From Octopus sinensis (lineage: Eukaryota): DNA of 64,000 bases. The position numbers and the translations under genes were made by a program. Shown here piece by piece: positions 24,701-36,291 of this stretch. Where the stretch lies: the NCBI RefSeq assembly GCF_006345805.1, contig NW_021832531.1:62001-126000 (forward strand), given 5' to 3'. The notes below the pieces were generated by a model. That model did no database searches and was not told the origin of the DNA. It saw only the letters and a program-made list of their open reading frames with translations. Each line of letters begins with the position of its first letter. The stretch's first letter is position 1.

Positions 24701-27700
24701 AACAGACTGGAAGAGTCTGTGCTCTCCATACTTTCAATGCACATTCAAACGATTCAGCAAGCAATCAAATTCCGACATAAAACCGTTGAACTACTTGGAA
24801 GACATGTTCCTATTTTAAGGTCAAACATTTCAGATTGATGTCAATTTCAACTCAAATATGTTTATAACAATGAATCCGGCTGGAAAAGGATATGGTGGGC
24901 GACAAAAGCTTCCTGATAATTTAAAACAACTGTTTCGGCCAGTCGTCATGTCCAAACCCGACAATGAACTGATCGCTGAAGTGATTTTGTTTTCTGAAGG
25001 ATTTGTTGAAGCTAAGAAAATTGGGAAAAAACTTGTTTCAATATTTTCTTCTGCCGAGTGATATTTATTATGTTATTTCCAAGAAGTCTTCTTACATATC
25101 GTCAACATTATGATTGGGGATTACGGGCACTTAAGACAGTTTTGAAAAGCTGTGGAAATATTATCCAAAAAGTAGATCGAGAAAAAGGTTTTTTAACAGT
25201 TAAAACATTTTTAAGCTGGTTATAATGATATTGAATTTCATGTTGTGGTTGAAGCTCTGCGTCTTAATACTTTGTCAAAATTGTCTCATTATGATTCGCT
25301 CGTGTTTAATGATTTGGTCAAAGCTGTGTTTCAGTCTGTTCATCTGAGCAATGTCACTAACAACAGCCTGACTGAATATGTGAAACAGAGTTATGTTGAA
25401 ATGAATCTTACTGAATCTTCTATGCAGGTTTTTTATTAAAAGGGTATAAAATTTCTTAGATTCAAAAGGTTTTCGAACTACATGAGCAAATTCAACAACG
25501 CATTGGGGTCGTGATCGTAGGTCCCAGTGGATCAGGAAAGTCGACTCTTTGGAAATTATTAACAAATGCTTTGATAAAAAATGGACAAATAGTCCGACTA
25601 TATGCCCTAAACCCGAAAGCAGTGACAAAATTGCAAGTTTTTTAATCAAAAACAATAAACATATATTATAGTTGTTAGGACAGATTGACTATGACACTCG
25701 AGAATGGACTGATGGGATCTTAACATGCGCTGCTCGTCAAATTGTTAGAGAGTCCTCAGAAATACTCTCTTTCGTGGTCTGTGATGGAGACATTGACCCG
25801 GAATGGATCGAATCCCTTAATTCTGTCCTCGACGATAATCACCTTTTGACACTCCCATCTGGTGAAAGAATTAAATTTGGAGAAAATGTCAATTTTATTT
25901 TTGAAACGCATGATCTGACGAATGCTTCTCCAGCCACAATTTCCCGCCTCGGAGTTGTCTATATCAGGTATTTTTTAACAAAATATGCCGACTAGTAATG
26001 AGACTATAGATTTCTCCGCAATTGTGAAATCTTGGATTAAAAAATTTAGCTCAGACAACGAAAAACTTGTTGAATGGATTGAAACTTATTTTCACAAAGT
26101 TTTTGATTGGTGTCTCAAAGAGGTTTCCACAAATTTGCAGAATTTCTAGATTGGGACAGTCATCCCGATTAGTGCTGTTGGAGTAGTTAATAGTGGGTTG
26201 TCACATCTAAAAGGAGTTTCGAATTTGTTGGAATTTGCCATCGCAATGATTCGTGGATTCGGAAGTAACGGAAAAACAATTTTCCGTCAGCGTTTAACTC
26301 ACTACGTAATTTCTTTTATTTATTATTTTTTCAGGTTTTTGAACTTATTGGAGAAAATAAGAAATCAGCTGATCAAGTTGGGTGGTATTTTGACGGAGAA
26401 AAGTTAAAAACCTTCACCGATGATGTATTCTGTCTAAATTATAAATAGTTCGATGCCGATTCTGTAAAAGAAACTTTTTTGTAAACACTGCACTCGCGCA
26501 ACAAAAAATGAGTTTCTACACAAGACTATTAGATTCGGACAATATTCACAACTTTCTAATGGTTGGACCACCAGGAAGCGGGAAAACGTATTTCAATAAA
26601 CAGAACTCTTATTTACTAGTCTAATGCTTGAAAAATGTTGTCGTGACCGAAGATCTGTTTATTTGACCACAATTTACTGCAGTACAGAGACGAGTCCTCA
26701 ACATTTAATTCTCCGCCTTTCTCAACTATGCATTATGTTAACCACTGCGACAGGAAGAGTTTACAGACCAAAAGATTGTGAAAGAATTGTTTTATATCTA
26801 AAAAACATTGATTATTGTAAACCAGATAAATGGGGAACGACTCAACTTGTTGCTTTTCTTCAACAAGTTTTGAGTTGCTATAAATTTAGATTTTCACGTA
26901 TAACGGATTTTACGACGATAATCTTGAATTTGTTCTTTTTGAGGGAATTCAAATTGTGTGCGGAATTAGTGACCATGATACTGGTCGGCATGTGTTGTCA
27001 AGTCGATTCACCTCTGAGATTCCAGTGTGCTATATCGAGTAAACTAAAAATGGTTAAAATCTCGCTAGACCGACAGAAGAAGAGGAAATGAAAAAAATAT
27101 TTTATAATTACGTTTTGAATTTCAAACTTCCTGGCTTCTCTGGATTGACTGAACACAAAAACGTGGAACTGATAAATTTCCTGGTTAAGTTTTTTGTTGA
27201 GGTTTCTTGTGAGTAATTTAATAAATTATAGTTGAGAAAAAAAATTGACTTGGATAAAAATCCTCAATGTATATTTAGTCCCAAAGACTTAAGCAAAATA
27301 ATTTTCGGGGTCGCTAATTATGACTTTTCAGCACAATATGATTCAAAATATGTAAAAGATAATTTTTAGTTAAAATTAGTTATTGAAAGTGTTAGTACAT
27401 GAAATTCTACGTTTATTTCGTGATAGAATCAAAAAAGTTGAATCCTTAGAAATATTCGACGATTTATTACGTAATATGATTAAATCAAGTTGGAATTATT
27501 CACTAAATGATTTAACTTCAAGTTTATTTTGAATTTTAAATTTAAGCGATTTTTACATCTTTGGGAAATCCCTCGGCGAAGATGATCTCCACAGTGTCGA
27601 AGGACAAATTGAATTTGATTATTTTGGAAGGTCTCAAGCAATATGGTCTTGAATTTGTCAATAATCAATTAGCAAGGGAAATCACAGAACTAAATATAAT

Positions 27701-30700
27701 TCCGGTAGATGACTTTGTAGAAAATGTTTTGAAAATTGATCGGATTTTGATTCAGCCGCGTGGATCTGTTCTCTTCGTTGGGAGTAGCGGAATTGGAAGG
27801 ACATCCGCGGTTATGCTTACTGCTTATATGCATGGAATAAAGATTATAACTCCAAAAATAGGGAAAATGTATGAAATAAGACAATTTAAAGACTATTTGA
27901 AAGCTGTCAGTAAATTCTAAAATATTTTCAGGCAATGCAATCTGCTGGTATTGAAGGAGAAAAAATAATATTTTTGTTGAAAGATCATCATTTGAGAAAT
28001 CCATCTTACTACAAAATGATCAACAGTTTTTTGTCTTCTGGAGAAATCCCTGGCTTGTATAAAACCGGGGAACTTGAGTCGCTGATATCCGTTTTAAATG
28101 AGATGTGTTCTGAGACAAATTTTGACGGATCTGTCAATAATTTTTTCCTTTCCAGTTTTGTATGTGCAAATATATTTTCAGGAGTTCAAAAAAATCTGCA
28201 TATCGTTCTTATAATGAATGATAAGGCTGACAATTTTTCTACTGTTTGTCACGAGAATCCAGCTTTCTTTAAACATTGCAACATTATTTGGCAAAATAAC
28301 TGGAAAACTGAAACGATGAGACTGGTTCTTTCTTAAATCTATTTTTACAAGATTCCGGAATTGCTTTTATCAAAATTAAATAAATCGAATGATCTAGTTA
28401 CTTCTAAAATGAATAAAAAAACTGTGGATGAACAGCTGGCGACTTATTTTTACGAAATTAATAAATCCTGCCAGGATATTTTGATTGACACATCTCCATT
28501 CAAATATATTTCGTTTATATCAACCTACCAAAAGGTCATGAACGAGAAGAAAACGATTTTAGAATCCAGGGTTGCTCGACTAATGGTAGTTATACATATT
28601 CATTTTTAGAGCGGATTAAATAAATTAAACGAATCTAAATTGTTGGTTGACGATTTGAGGACTGTGGCAGCTGAAAAATCAAAGTTGCTGCCAATAAAGC
28701 AACAAAAAGCAGACGAAGCTCTCCAGCAAATAACGCAAACTATGCAAGTATCATTTTGATTGATATAAAATAAAGGAAACAACAAAACAGAGAGAAGAAA
28801 TTGAAAAACTACAAAAACTTATAATTAAAGAAACCGATAAAATTACAGAGAGAAAAAAACCAATCGACCAAAAGCTGTCAGCAGTCCAACCTACGATTGA
28901 AGCTGCAAATGCTTCAATTCGCGGAATAACCACCGACTCTCTCACAGAAATAAAATCCATGAGAGTTCCTCCCGATATTGTTAGAGACATTCTTGAATGC
29001 GTATTGCGACTGATCGGGATCAAAGACGTCTCTTGGAATAGTATGAAGAAAGTTTTAGGTACGAGAGGAATCAAAGAAGATTTGATCTCGACGGATATTT
29101 CAAAAATCAGGTCAGAAAATTGGAAGAACGTTGAACTGATTGTTTCTCAACGTTCTGAATCTTTTGAGGAAAAAGTGATCCAATTTTACTAAAGACTGAA
29201 TTAGAATGCAAAAAGGGCTTCTTTGGCTGCAGCTCCGTTGGCTCAATGGACAAAGGCAGTACTTCAATACGCCAAAGTCTACGAATCAATATTAGACTTA
29301 ATGACGGAGCAAAATGAACTTAAAATGTATTTCAGGCTGTTTTTAACTGTTTCAGAAACATAAATAAATCCCAAGAAAGACTAAAATCGCTGCAAACTGA
29401 AATGAGTAAAGTAGATGAACAAATTTCAACTTTACGAACAAATTTTGAATCCCATACTCGAGAGGCCTCAAACTTGAAAGAAGAACTCTCCAAATATCAA
29501 AATACAATCACAGCATCCGCAACTCTGATTGAGAAATTACACGGAGAAAACGAAAGATGGACCAAACAAGTTAGTCTTGGAATCAATCATTCATAAAGAT
29601 TGATGAGATTTCTAAAGAACTCAAGTCTCTTCAAGTCCACTCAATATTGGCTGCTGCTTACCTTACATACATGCCTCCTGCATCGGAAACAATCAGAGAA
29701 AAATGTCTTAAGTCGTGGATGGAACTATTTGGAGTTGACAATTTTAAATTTGGTTCATTTTTTGAAAGTGAAAGCGAAAAAATCACATCAAAATCCAAAG
29801 GAGAAAACTTTATCATGATAAAACAAGTTTGAAAAATTAAACAAACTAAAAAAAGAGTATCTTGGTACTCTTCATTATTGATCCGTCTGAGCGGGCAACC
29901 ACTTTCCTAAAAAATAATTATCGTGATTCAAAAATTGAATTCGTACAACAAAAAGTGATTGAAAATATTCAAAATAAAAATAGGATCCAAATTTTACAAC
30001 TTCATTGGAATTAGCGATTCGCTTTGGAAAACCTTTGGTAGTCATCGAAGCAGACGAGATTGAACCAATACTTCATCCCATAATTCGAAATGAAATCAAA
30101 ATTCGAGGTCATCAGTAAATAAACTGATCCTCAGGATTACACCAAACGATTGAACTCGGAGACAAAACATTGGACTACCACGAGAACTTTAAGCTAATTT
30201 TTATCACACGAAATGAAAACGTGAAGATCCATCCTGACCAAAGAGATTTTATGACAGTCATAAATTTCTCAACTTCAAAGGCGGGACTCAGAGATCAGGT
30301 GATCCTCATCTTTCCATTTTAGTTATTGGAAATTACTGTAAAACATGAAAAGCCTGAACTCCAGTTGAAATTATCAGAATTGGCAGAGTCCGAAAACAAA
30401 ATGTCTTTAGAATTGATCCAACTAGAGGATTCCTTAATAGAGGCATTTTCCGCTATTTTATTCGTAGAACTTAACAAAATCTCGCGGAAACATTCTTCAA
30501 GATCTTGACTTGTTAGAATCTCTCAACAAACTCAAGGAAAGCAGTCAAATTGTTTCCACAGCATTAAAAGAGTCAAGACAACTACATTCAAAATTCACTG
30601 AAGAAGAAACTGTCTTCCAAGAATTCGTAAAGTTCAGTTCCCGAATTTATTTTCTTTTGGGAGATCTCTATAAACTCAACTCAATGTACCAATTTAGTTT

Positions 30701-33355
30701 GCAATCTTTCCTGGCTGTGTTTGAAAAATCCATTTTTCAGTGCGCGGTCGGTTTATAAACTTTACTGATAGAAACGACATAAAATTTCTGAATGTAAACC
30801 TTACCAGACTTTTCTGTCAGAGACTTTAATGCGGAATGCCTACGACTATGTCTGTCGTTCTATATTTAACGAAGATCGACTCACATTTGCTTTATATTTT
30901 ATACATTCTGTACATCCTCAGTTATTCGAAAATCTTGTAAGTAATAAATTCTATTTTTATAAAGGAATGGGAAGTTTTCAACCGGCAATTCGAGTCTTAT
31001 CCTGGAAACGAGTCAATTCCAGACTGGATTGAAGAGGATCGACGAGAATCAGTTAAAACTCTTCAAGTAAATTTAAATTACGAAAAAACAGGTCAACTTA
31101 CCAGAATTGTATTCTCGTCTAAATTTTTGTTGTGGAAATGTTTGGCAAAAGTTTTATAATAGTCCACAATGTGAAAAAGATTTTCCAGAAATCAAACTTT
31201 CATCATTCCAACGAGTTTTAGTAGTCCAAGCTCTTCGACCTGATCGATTACATTTAGCACTAAGCGAATTTTCTTGCAATTCATTAGGTTTTACATTTTA
31301 CCGACATTTTAAAGGAATTCCCGACATTTCTTGTGGACTGTTAAACATACGGGACATTTATAGCCACGAATCATCCTCTAATAATCATATACTATTTATA
31401 ACATCTCCCGGATCTGATCCGTCGGAAGAGCTTCAAGAATTGGCTGAGAAAATGGGCAAACTTGGTCAATTTCATCAGATATCAATGGGGAACGGTCAGT
31501 GCGAAACTGCCATTAATGAACTTGCGAAAACTGCCAAATTAGGGCATTGGATTTGTCTGAAAAATCTTCATCTTGTGACACATTGGTTGCCATCGTTGGA
31601 AAAGGTAAAATTAAAAAAATAAACCTCAATAGGAACTTACTTCTCTAAAAGACCAACATGCTGACTTTCGTTTATTTATGTCAACTGAACAGCACTGTAA
31701 TTTCCCATCCACGTTGCTTCAAATATGTGTCAAGATTACTTACGAAGTATTTCTTTGGTTTATATATAGGCTCCACCCGGAGTGAGAAATAACATGTTTC
31801 GCTGTGTTAGTTCCATTCCTAATGAATTTATCACACCTTCGATGCCTTCTTTGTCACAAGCAGTATTTTCTCTCATGTGCTTTCACGTGGTTGTGCAAGA
31901 GAGGCGTCGATTTATACCACAAGTTTGATTTTTGAAAACAATTCTTTTAGGGGTGGAATATGTTCTATGAGTTTTCATACTCGGATTTTAAAATTGGTCT
32001 GGAAATACTTAATAGAATAATTTCAAAGGGTAATATTCGGCCATTCTACCCTTATCTATAGCTTCTGGGAAGATCAGATGGGAAATAGTCCACGGCTTGT
32101 TCGAAATCGCAGTTTACGGCGGCCGAGTAGATAATCCATTTGATATGCGGATTCTTAAACACTTAATAAACAAATATTTTAATTCCCGCGCTCAGGATTC
32201 CAAGGAAACAATCGGGTATTTTAAAGTCCCCTCAGAATGCACATATAATGTAAAAAATATTTATTTGAATGATTTTAAGGGTTTTTTAAAGTCGATTGAA
32301 ATGATTCCCGACATTGACTGTCCCGGAATACTTGGTTTACCTGCAAACACAGACAAGTCTGTACAAGATATTAAAAGTGGTGTTGTCTTAACTGGACTAC
32401 GACTTTTGTCTAAATTCAATGTAGAATCAGTAACATTCGATAAAACCATTGCCTTGCTGACCATCAATCCTTTGCTAAAGCAGTGGAAGGTTTGCAATAA
32501 GGTTGTCTTGATGAGTTATTTTGAAGGATAAACGGTTTATTGAATTGGAAATGAGTCATCCTGAATATGATTCGAGTCATTCACCAATTCGTAGTTTTGT
32601 TGAAATTGAATTTTTTACTGTGGTTGAACTCGTAAAAATAATTCATTCTGATCTTGGAGCTTTAAGTAATTACTTACGGGACAAAGCAGTCCTATCACCT
32701 GAAAGTCGTGAAATTGCAAAGGATTTGATCAGTCACGTGGTATTGAGTTTAAAATTTACCAAAGGTCCCGGCTAAATGGTCCTCAAAGTGGGAAGGACCG
32801 GCAAATCCTTTGAAATATATTTCCATGATTGCGTCTAAAGCTTATAAAATCGAGAAATGGCTTAATCTAGTTCGTAGTGGCAATCTATTTTTACACGAAA
32901 TAAATTTAGCGGATTTACTAAGACCAAAAACATTTTTAAAGTCACTGAGACAGTTTACTGCAATGTACTTTTTTGAAATATTATTTTAGAACGGAACGGA
33001 TTGAAATGGATCTTTTGCAGTTTTGCTGTGATTGGACAGATAAGGAAAACAACAAAATTGGAATCAAAGTAGAAGGATTAGAACTTGAAGGCTGTTTATT
33101 TTCAAAAAATAAATTTATCCCGAGTTCTGTTAGTTCGCCTATTGTAACAAGAGTTCCAGTATGTTTCATGTCTTGGAAGGTGGTCATTATTTTAAGTAAT
33201 GTCAGAATATAATCACAGAGCAATTTGAAATTCCAGTCTATTTGGACAGGAATAGAAGCAAAGTTGTTATTTCTATTCCCGTCGAATGTTCAAAGGATGA
33301 AGCAAGTCAGTTGTCTCTTGCCGGAGCTGCATTTTTCCTGTCGGACTTAATTTAA
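18755..33355 (+). CDS. DYNC2H1: Cytoplasmic dynein-2 heavy chain (retrograde IFT motor), about 4200 aa, about 72 miniature introns
   Basis: P-loops GPAGTGKT (AAA1), GPSGSGKS (AAA2), GPPGSGK (AAA3), GSSGIGR (AAA4); [14 protein letters not shown]; [23 protein letters not shown]; [13 protein letters not shown]; C-terminal LAGAAFFL. No in-frame nonsense codons after manual splicing. Three 1-bp slips (about 19355, 19703, 26478). Confidence 0.95.
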
Positions 33356-33789
33356 TTTTGATTAGACTTTCAATAGTTAAATGAAATTATTAAACATTTT
33401 TGACTTTATTAAACTCAGTAAAAGAACTTTAGTTCTTATAAGTAAACTCAATAATTAAAAAAAAATTTATCTAGAAAGGTATTTGTCAAAATTAATGTTG
33501 ATTAATCAAACGGGGGGGAAGCCGACGCGATCGAGAAAGAGTTTAAATTTAATTCCGAAAATCAAATCATTGGTAGATTTTAGAAAGACGAATCATTCAA
33601 AGTGGAAATAAATTAAAAAACTAAATGGTTTTTTAACATGAAAATCCTAGCCATTACTGCTTCTTTTATAGAATTTAGTAAATTAATGACTACTCCAGAA
33701 ATATTAAAAACAAGAAAAATTTTAATTTTACAATAAAAATAAATTAATTTGAAATCAATAAAATAAACAATAAATTAAGTATCACGTTG

Positions 33790-34369
33790 ATGAAGTTGAA
33801 TTCCTTACCAATTAAATTTACTACAAAATGTGTAGTCGCATATTGCATTTTTGAAACATTTATTTCCAACATTTTAAGTTTAGTGATGGTTTCACTTTAT
33901 TTGAAACCCCACAAGGTCAAAGGACGTTCAATGGAGCCAACCCTCTTCGAAGGAGACCTCATACTACTAAGACCCCTCTTTACCCACACGACACCTGCAC
34001 GGTACCTGACCTATCATAAACCTAAGAGGTGACATTGTGGTTTTTAGGTCTCCCACTGAACGAGGAGTTCTCTTAATTAAGCGTTTAGTTGCAATGGAAG
34101 GTGATTTGGTCTCAAAAAATGGATGTGTCGATTTAGTAACTTGTTGGTAATTCATGATTTAGGTTCCACGAGGGTATGTTTGGGTAGAAGGAGATAATGT
34201 TAACAAATCAGAAGATTCTCGTTATTTTGGCCCCATTCCAATGTCTTTGGTCGTTTCAAAATACATTTATTGGTCAAAATCAAGATTTTTTATTCCTAGT
34301 TTTAAGACCCACAAGCTACGCCAGTATATAACAAACAATTTATTTAATAATTCAAATTTTTTACTTTAA
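33790..34369 (+). CDS. IMMP1L: Mitochondrial inner-membrane peptidase, IMP1-like (S26 family), 3 introns
   Basis: GRSMEPTL (catalytic Ser); RGDIVVFRSP; IKRLVAMEGD (catalytic Lys); VWVEGDN...DSRYFGPIP. IMP1 versus IMP2 assignment is by motif similarity only. Confidence 0.75.
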
Positions 34370-34416
34370 TAAAATATTAAATAAAATCTTTATATCTACT
34401 CTCAAAAGTAGGATCT

Positions 34417-34957
34417 TCATCTAAAATTTAAACATACTAAAAAACCAAGTACTAGCTGTCTCAATCGCTCCAAAAAAGCAATTCTAGTTTCAGAGAGGGC
34501 GAGCTTTTCAAGCACGTGATTGTACTGCTCACGTGTCCTTTCTTCTGAGAACTGTGTACCACGAAGAGCAGTTTGGAGTAGGTCGTTTTCTGTTTGAAGA
34601 GACTTAACCTGCGACTGGGTGAGAGCAAGCTGGTCGGTTGACTGGGTGAGGGACTTTTGTATGTCTGATAGTTGTTTGTTCCACGTTAAAATGGAATTTT
34701 GTTGATTGTTCTATATTTAATTTAATTTTTATTTACTTTTAAATTAATTAATTCATTTTTTAATTTGTAATTTTCTGATTTTTGTTGTTGGTATTTGGTG
34801 TTTAGTTGGTCTAATTGGAGTTCATATTCTGATTCAATTTGACGACTGTTTTCGATATATTCGTTCAATTCAGCCTTCATCTCCTCATACTTTCTAAACA
34901 TATATAATTTACTTATATATACTTTATATTAAAGTCTTTATTAGGCACATCCGCCAT
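34417..34957 (-). CDS. NudE/NDEL1-like coiled-coil protein (N-terminal coiled coil only); 3' end uncertain
   Basis: KYEEMKAELNEYIENSRQIESEYELQL (cf. [24 protein letters not shown]); LQTENDLLQTALRGT...VLEKLALSE (cf. EQANDDLERAKRAT...AIERNAFLE). Confidence 0.75.
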
Positions 34958-35479
34958 CACAGGTTATTTCTAAGAAAAATACTATTTTCAAATTTCCACA
35001 AGAACCGCAAATTAAATTAATTATTTAAATTTAAAAATTTAATTAATTAAGTTTTATAAATATAATGAATTAATAAAAAAATTATATAATCATAGTGATT
35101 TTATAATGAGGTTTTCTCCATGCTTTAAAAATTTATAATATTAATATATAGTGTTACCGGTTTTTGAGCGGACCCGGCATCTCCTTGGACCGCCTTAAAA
35201 ATCGACTAAATCGCTTTATTTGTATCTAAAATTATAAAATAGTTAAAATTTAATCCTAAATGCTGATAGATTTTAATTTACTGAAATTTATTTCTTGTAC
35301 AAAACCAGCATTATTATAACACAAGCCCCAACCCTAATTTATCTCCAACTTTAATCTTAAAATAATGATTCTTAGGTTTGTACTATTAAAGAATCTTTGT
35401 AAGAATTATTTTATTATAATCAAAAACATTAATCAATTTTATAAAGTCTCGCAATATTTGTTCTTTATACGAATCAATA

Positions 35480-36207
35480 AGTACAAGTATCTATAAATTA
35501 CAATTCTGAAAATATAGCCAAGAATTTGAATCATTCACAGTTATTGATAACTTGCAATATTTCAGAACGACCAACACCTTATCTTCAGATGACTAATCAT
35601 TCGATCTCTTCCAAAATGATTCCAAAGTATTCGTTAGTGACTATGGCTAGTATGCAATATTTAATTCCTTATCCAACAACATACTTATGCGAAACTGCGG
35701 TGTCTTGTTTATCATTTATTCAAAATAAATCTCGTAATCGATTGAAAGTTGGAGATGATATGGAACATGGATGAATTAGCAACATGGATTCGAGTATTAT
35801 AAAACTTGTTGCATAAAAGCAACAACAAATATCTCACTAGAATTAAATCTTTTGCACTTTTTCAGCATAAAATATTTTATTGATTTTTTTAGTTAGAAAA
35901 TAATTTATATTTTATAATTAAATCATTGATCGGGAACCAGAAGAAGAAATGATCATCGGGAACAGACATGGATTTTCCAACGCATATCAATAGCCATCTT
36001 GCGTGGGAATTGCCATTCCATCCTATCCTCTGCTGCTAATTAAATATACATAATTATCATAAATTGATTCACCCTAAAAAAAATTAAATCATTTATCTCA
36101 AAAAAAGATATGTAAAAATTTAAAAATCGATAGGGGGTACGCGGGATTCATTTTTAACCCCAAGGGATACAATTTATCAAAAATTTGAAAAAGGTTAAGA
36201 ACCGCTG
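35480..36207 (+). mobile_element. 3' remnant of a Buster-type hAT, family 4
   Basis: LIPYPTTYLCETAVS...KSRNRL...KQQQISH*; subterminal GGGGTACGCG; terminal AAGGTTAAGAACCGCTG. Left end not found. Confidence 0.8.
35925..36084 (+). mobile_element. Severely 5'-truncated CRE-like retrotransposon tail inserted in the hAT remnant
   Basis: DHREQTWIFQRISIAILRGNCHSILSSAAN* (cf. DPREFSWLLERLSIAVIRGN at 724-786), followed by a short UTR and an A-run at about 36076-36083. Confidence 0.7.
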
Positions 36208-36291
36208 CTCTTGTCAAAACCAGTAGACTCATGTTTCACGTGCCAATTTAATTCTATAAAAGTAATATTCTTTTTAAAAATAATTAATAAA

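Noticed and set aside
18755-34957. Functional clustering of a dynein heavy chain with NudE
   Set aside because: NudE is chiefly a dynein-1 regulator, an unrelated gene lies between them, and adjacency is expected by chance in a dense genome.
35148-35200. GC-rich stretch TAGTGTTACCGG... as the left end of a hAT element
   Set aside because: No matching inverted partner or TSD, and it does not match the family-4 right TIR at 36191-36207.
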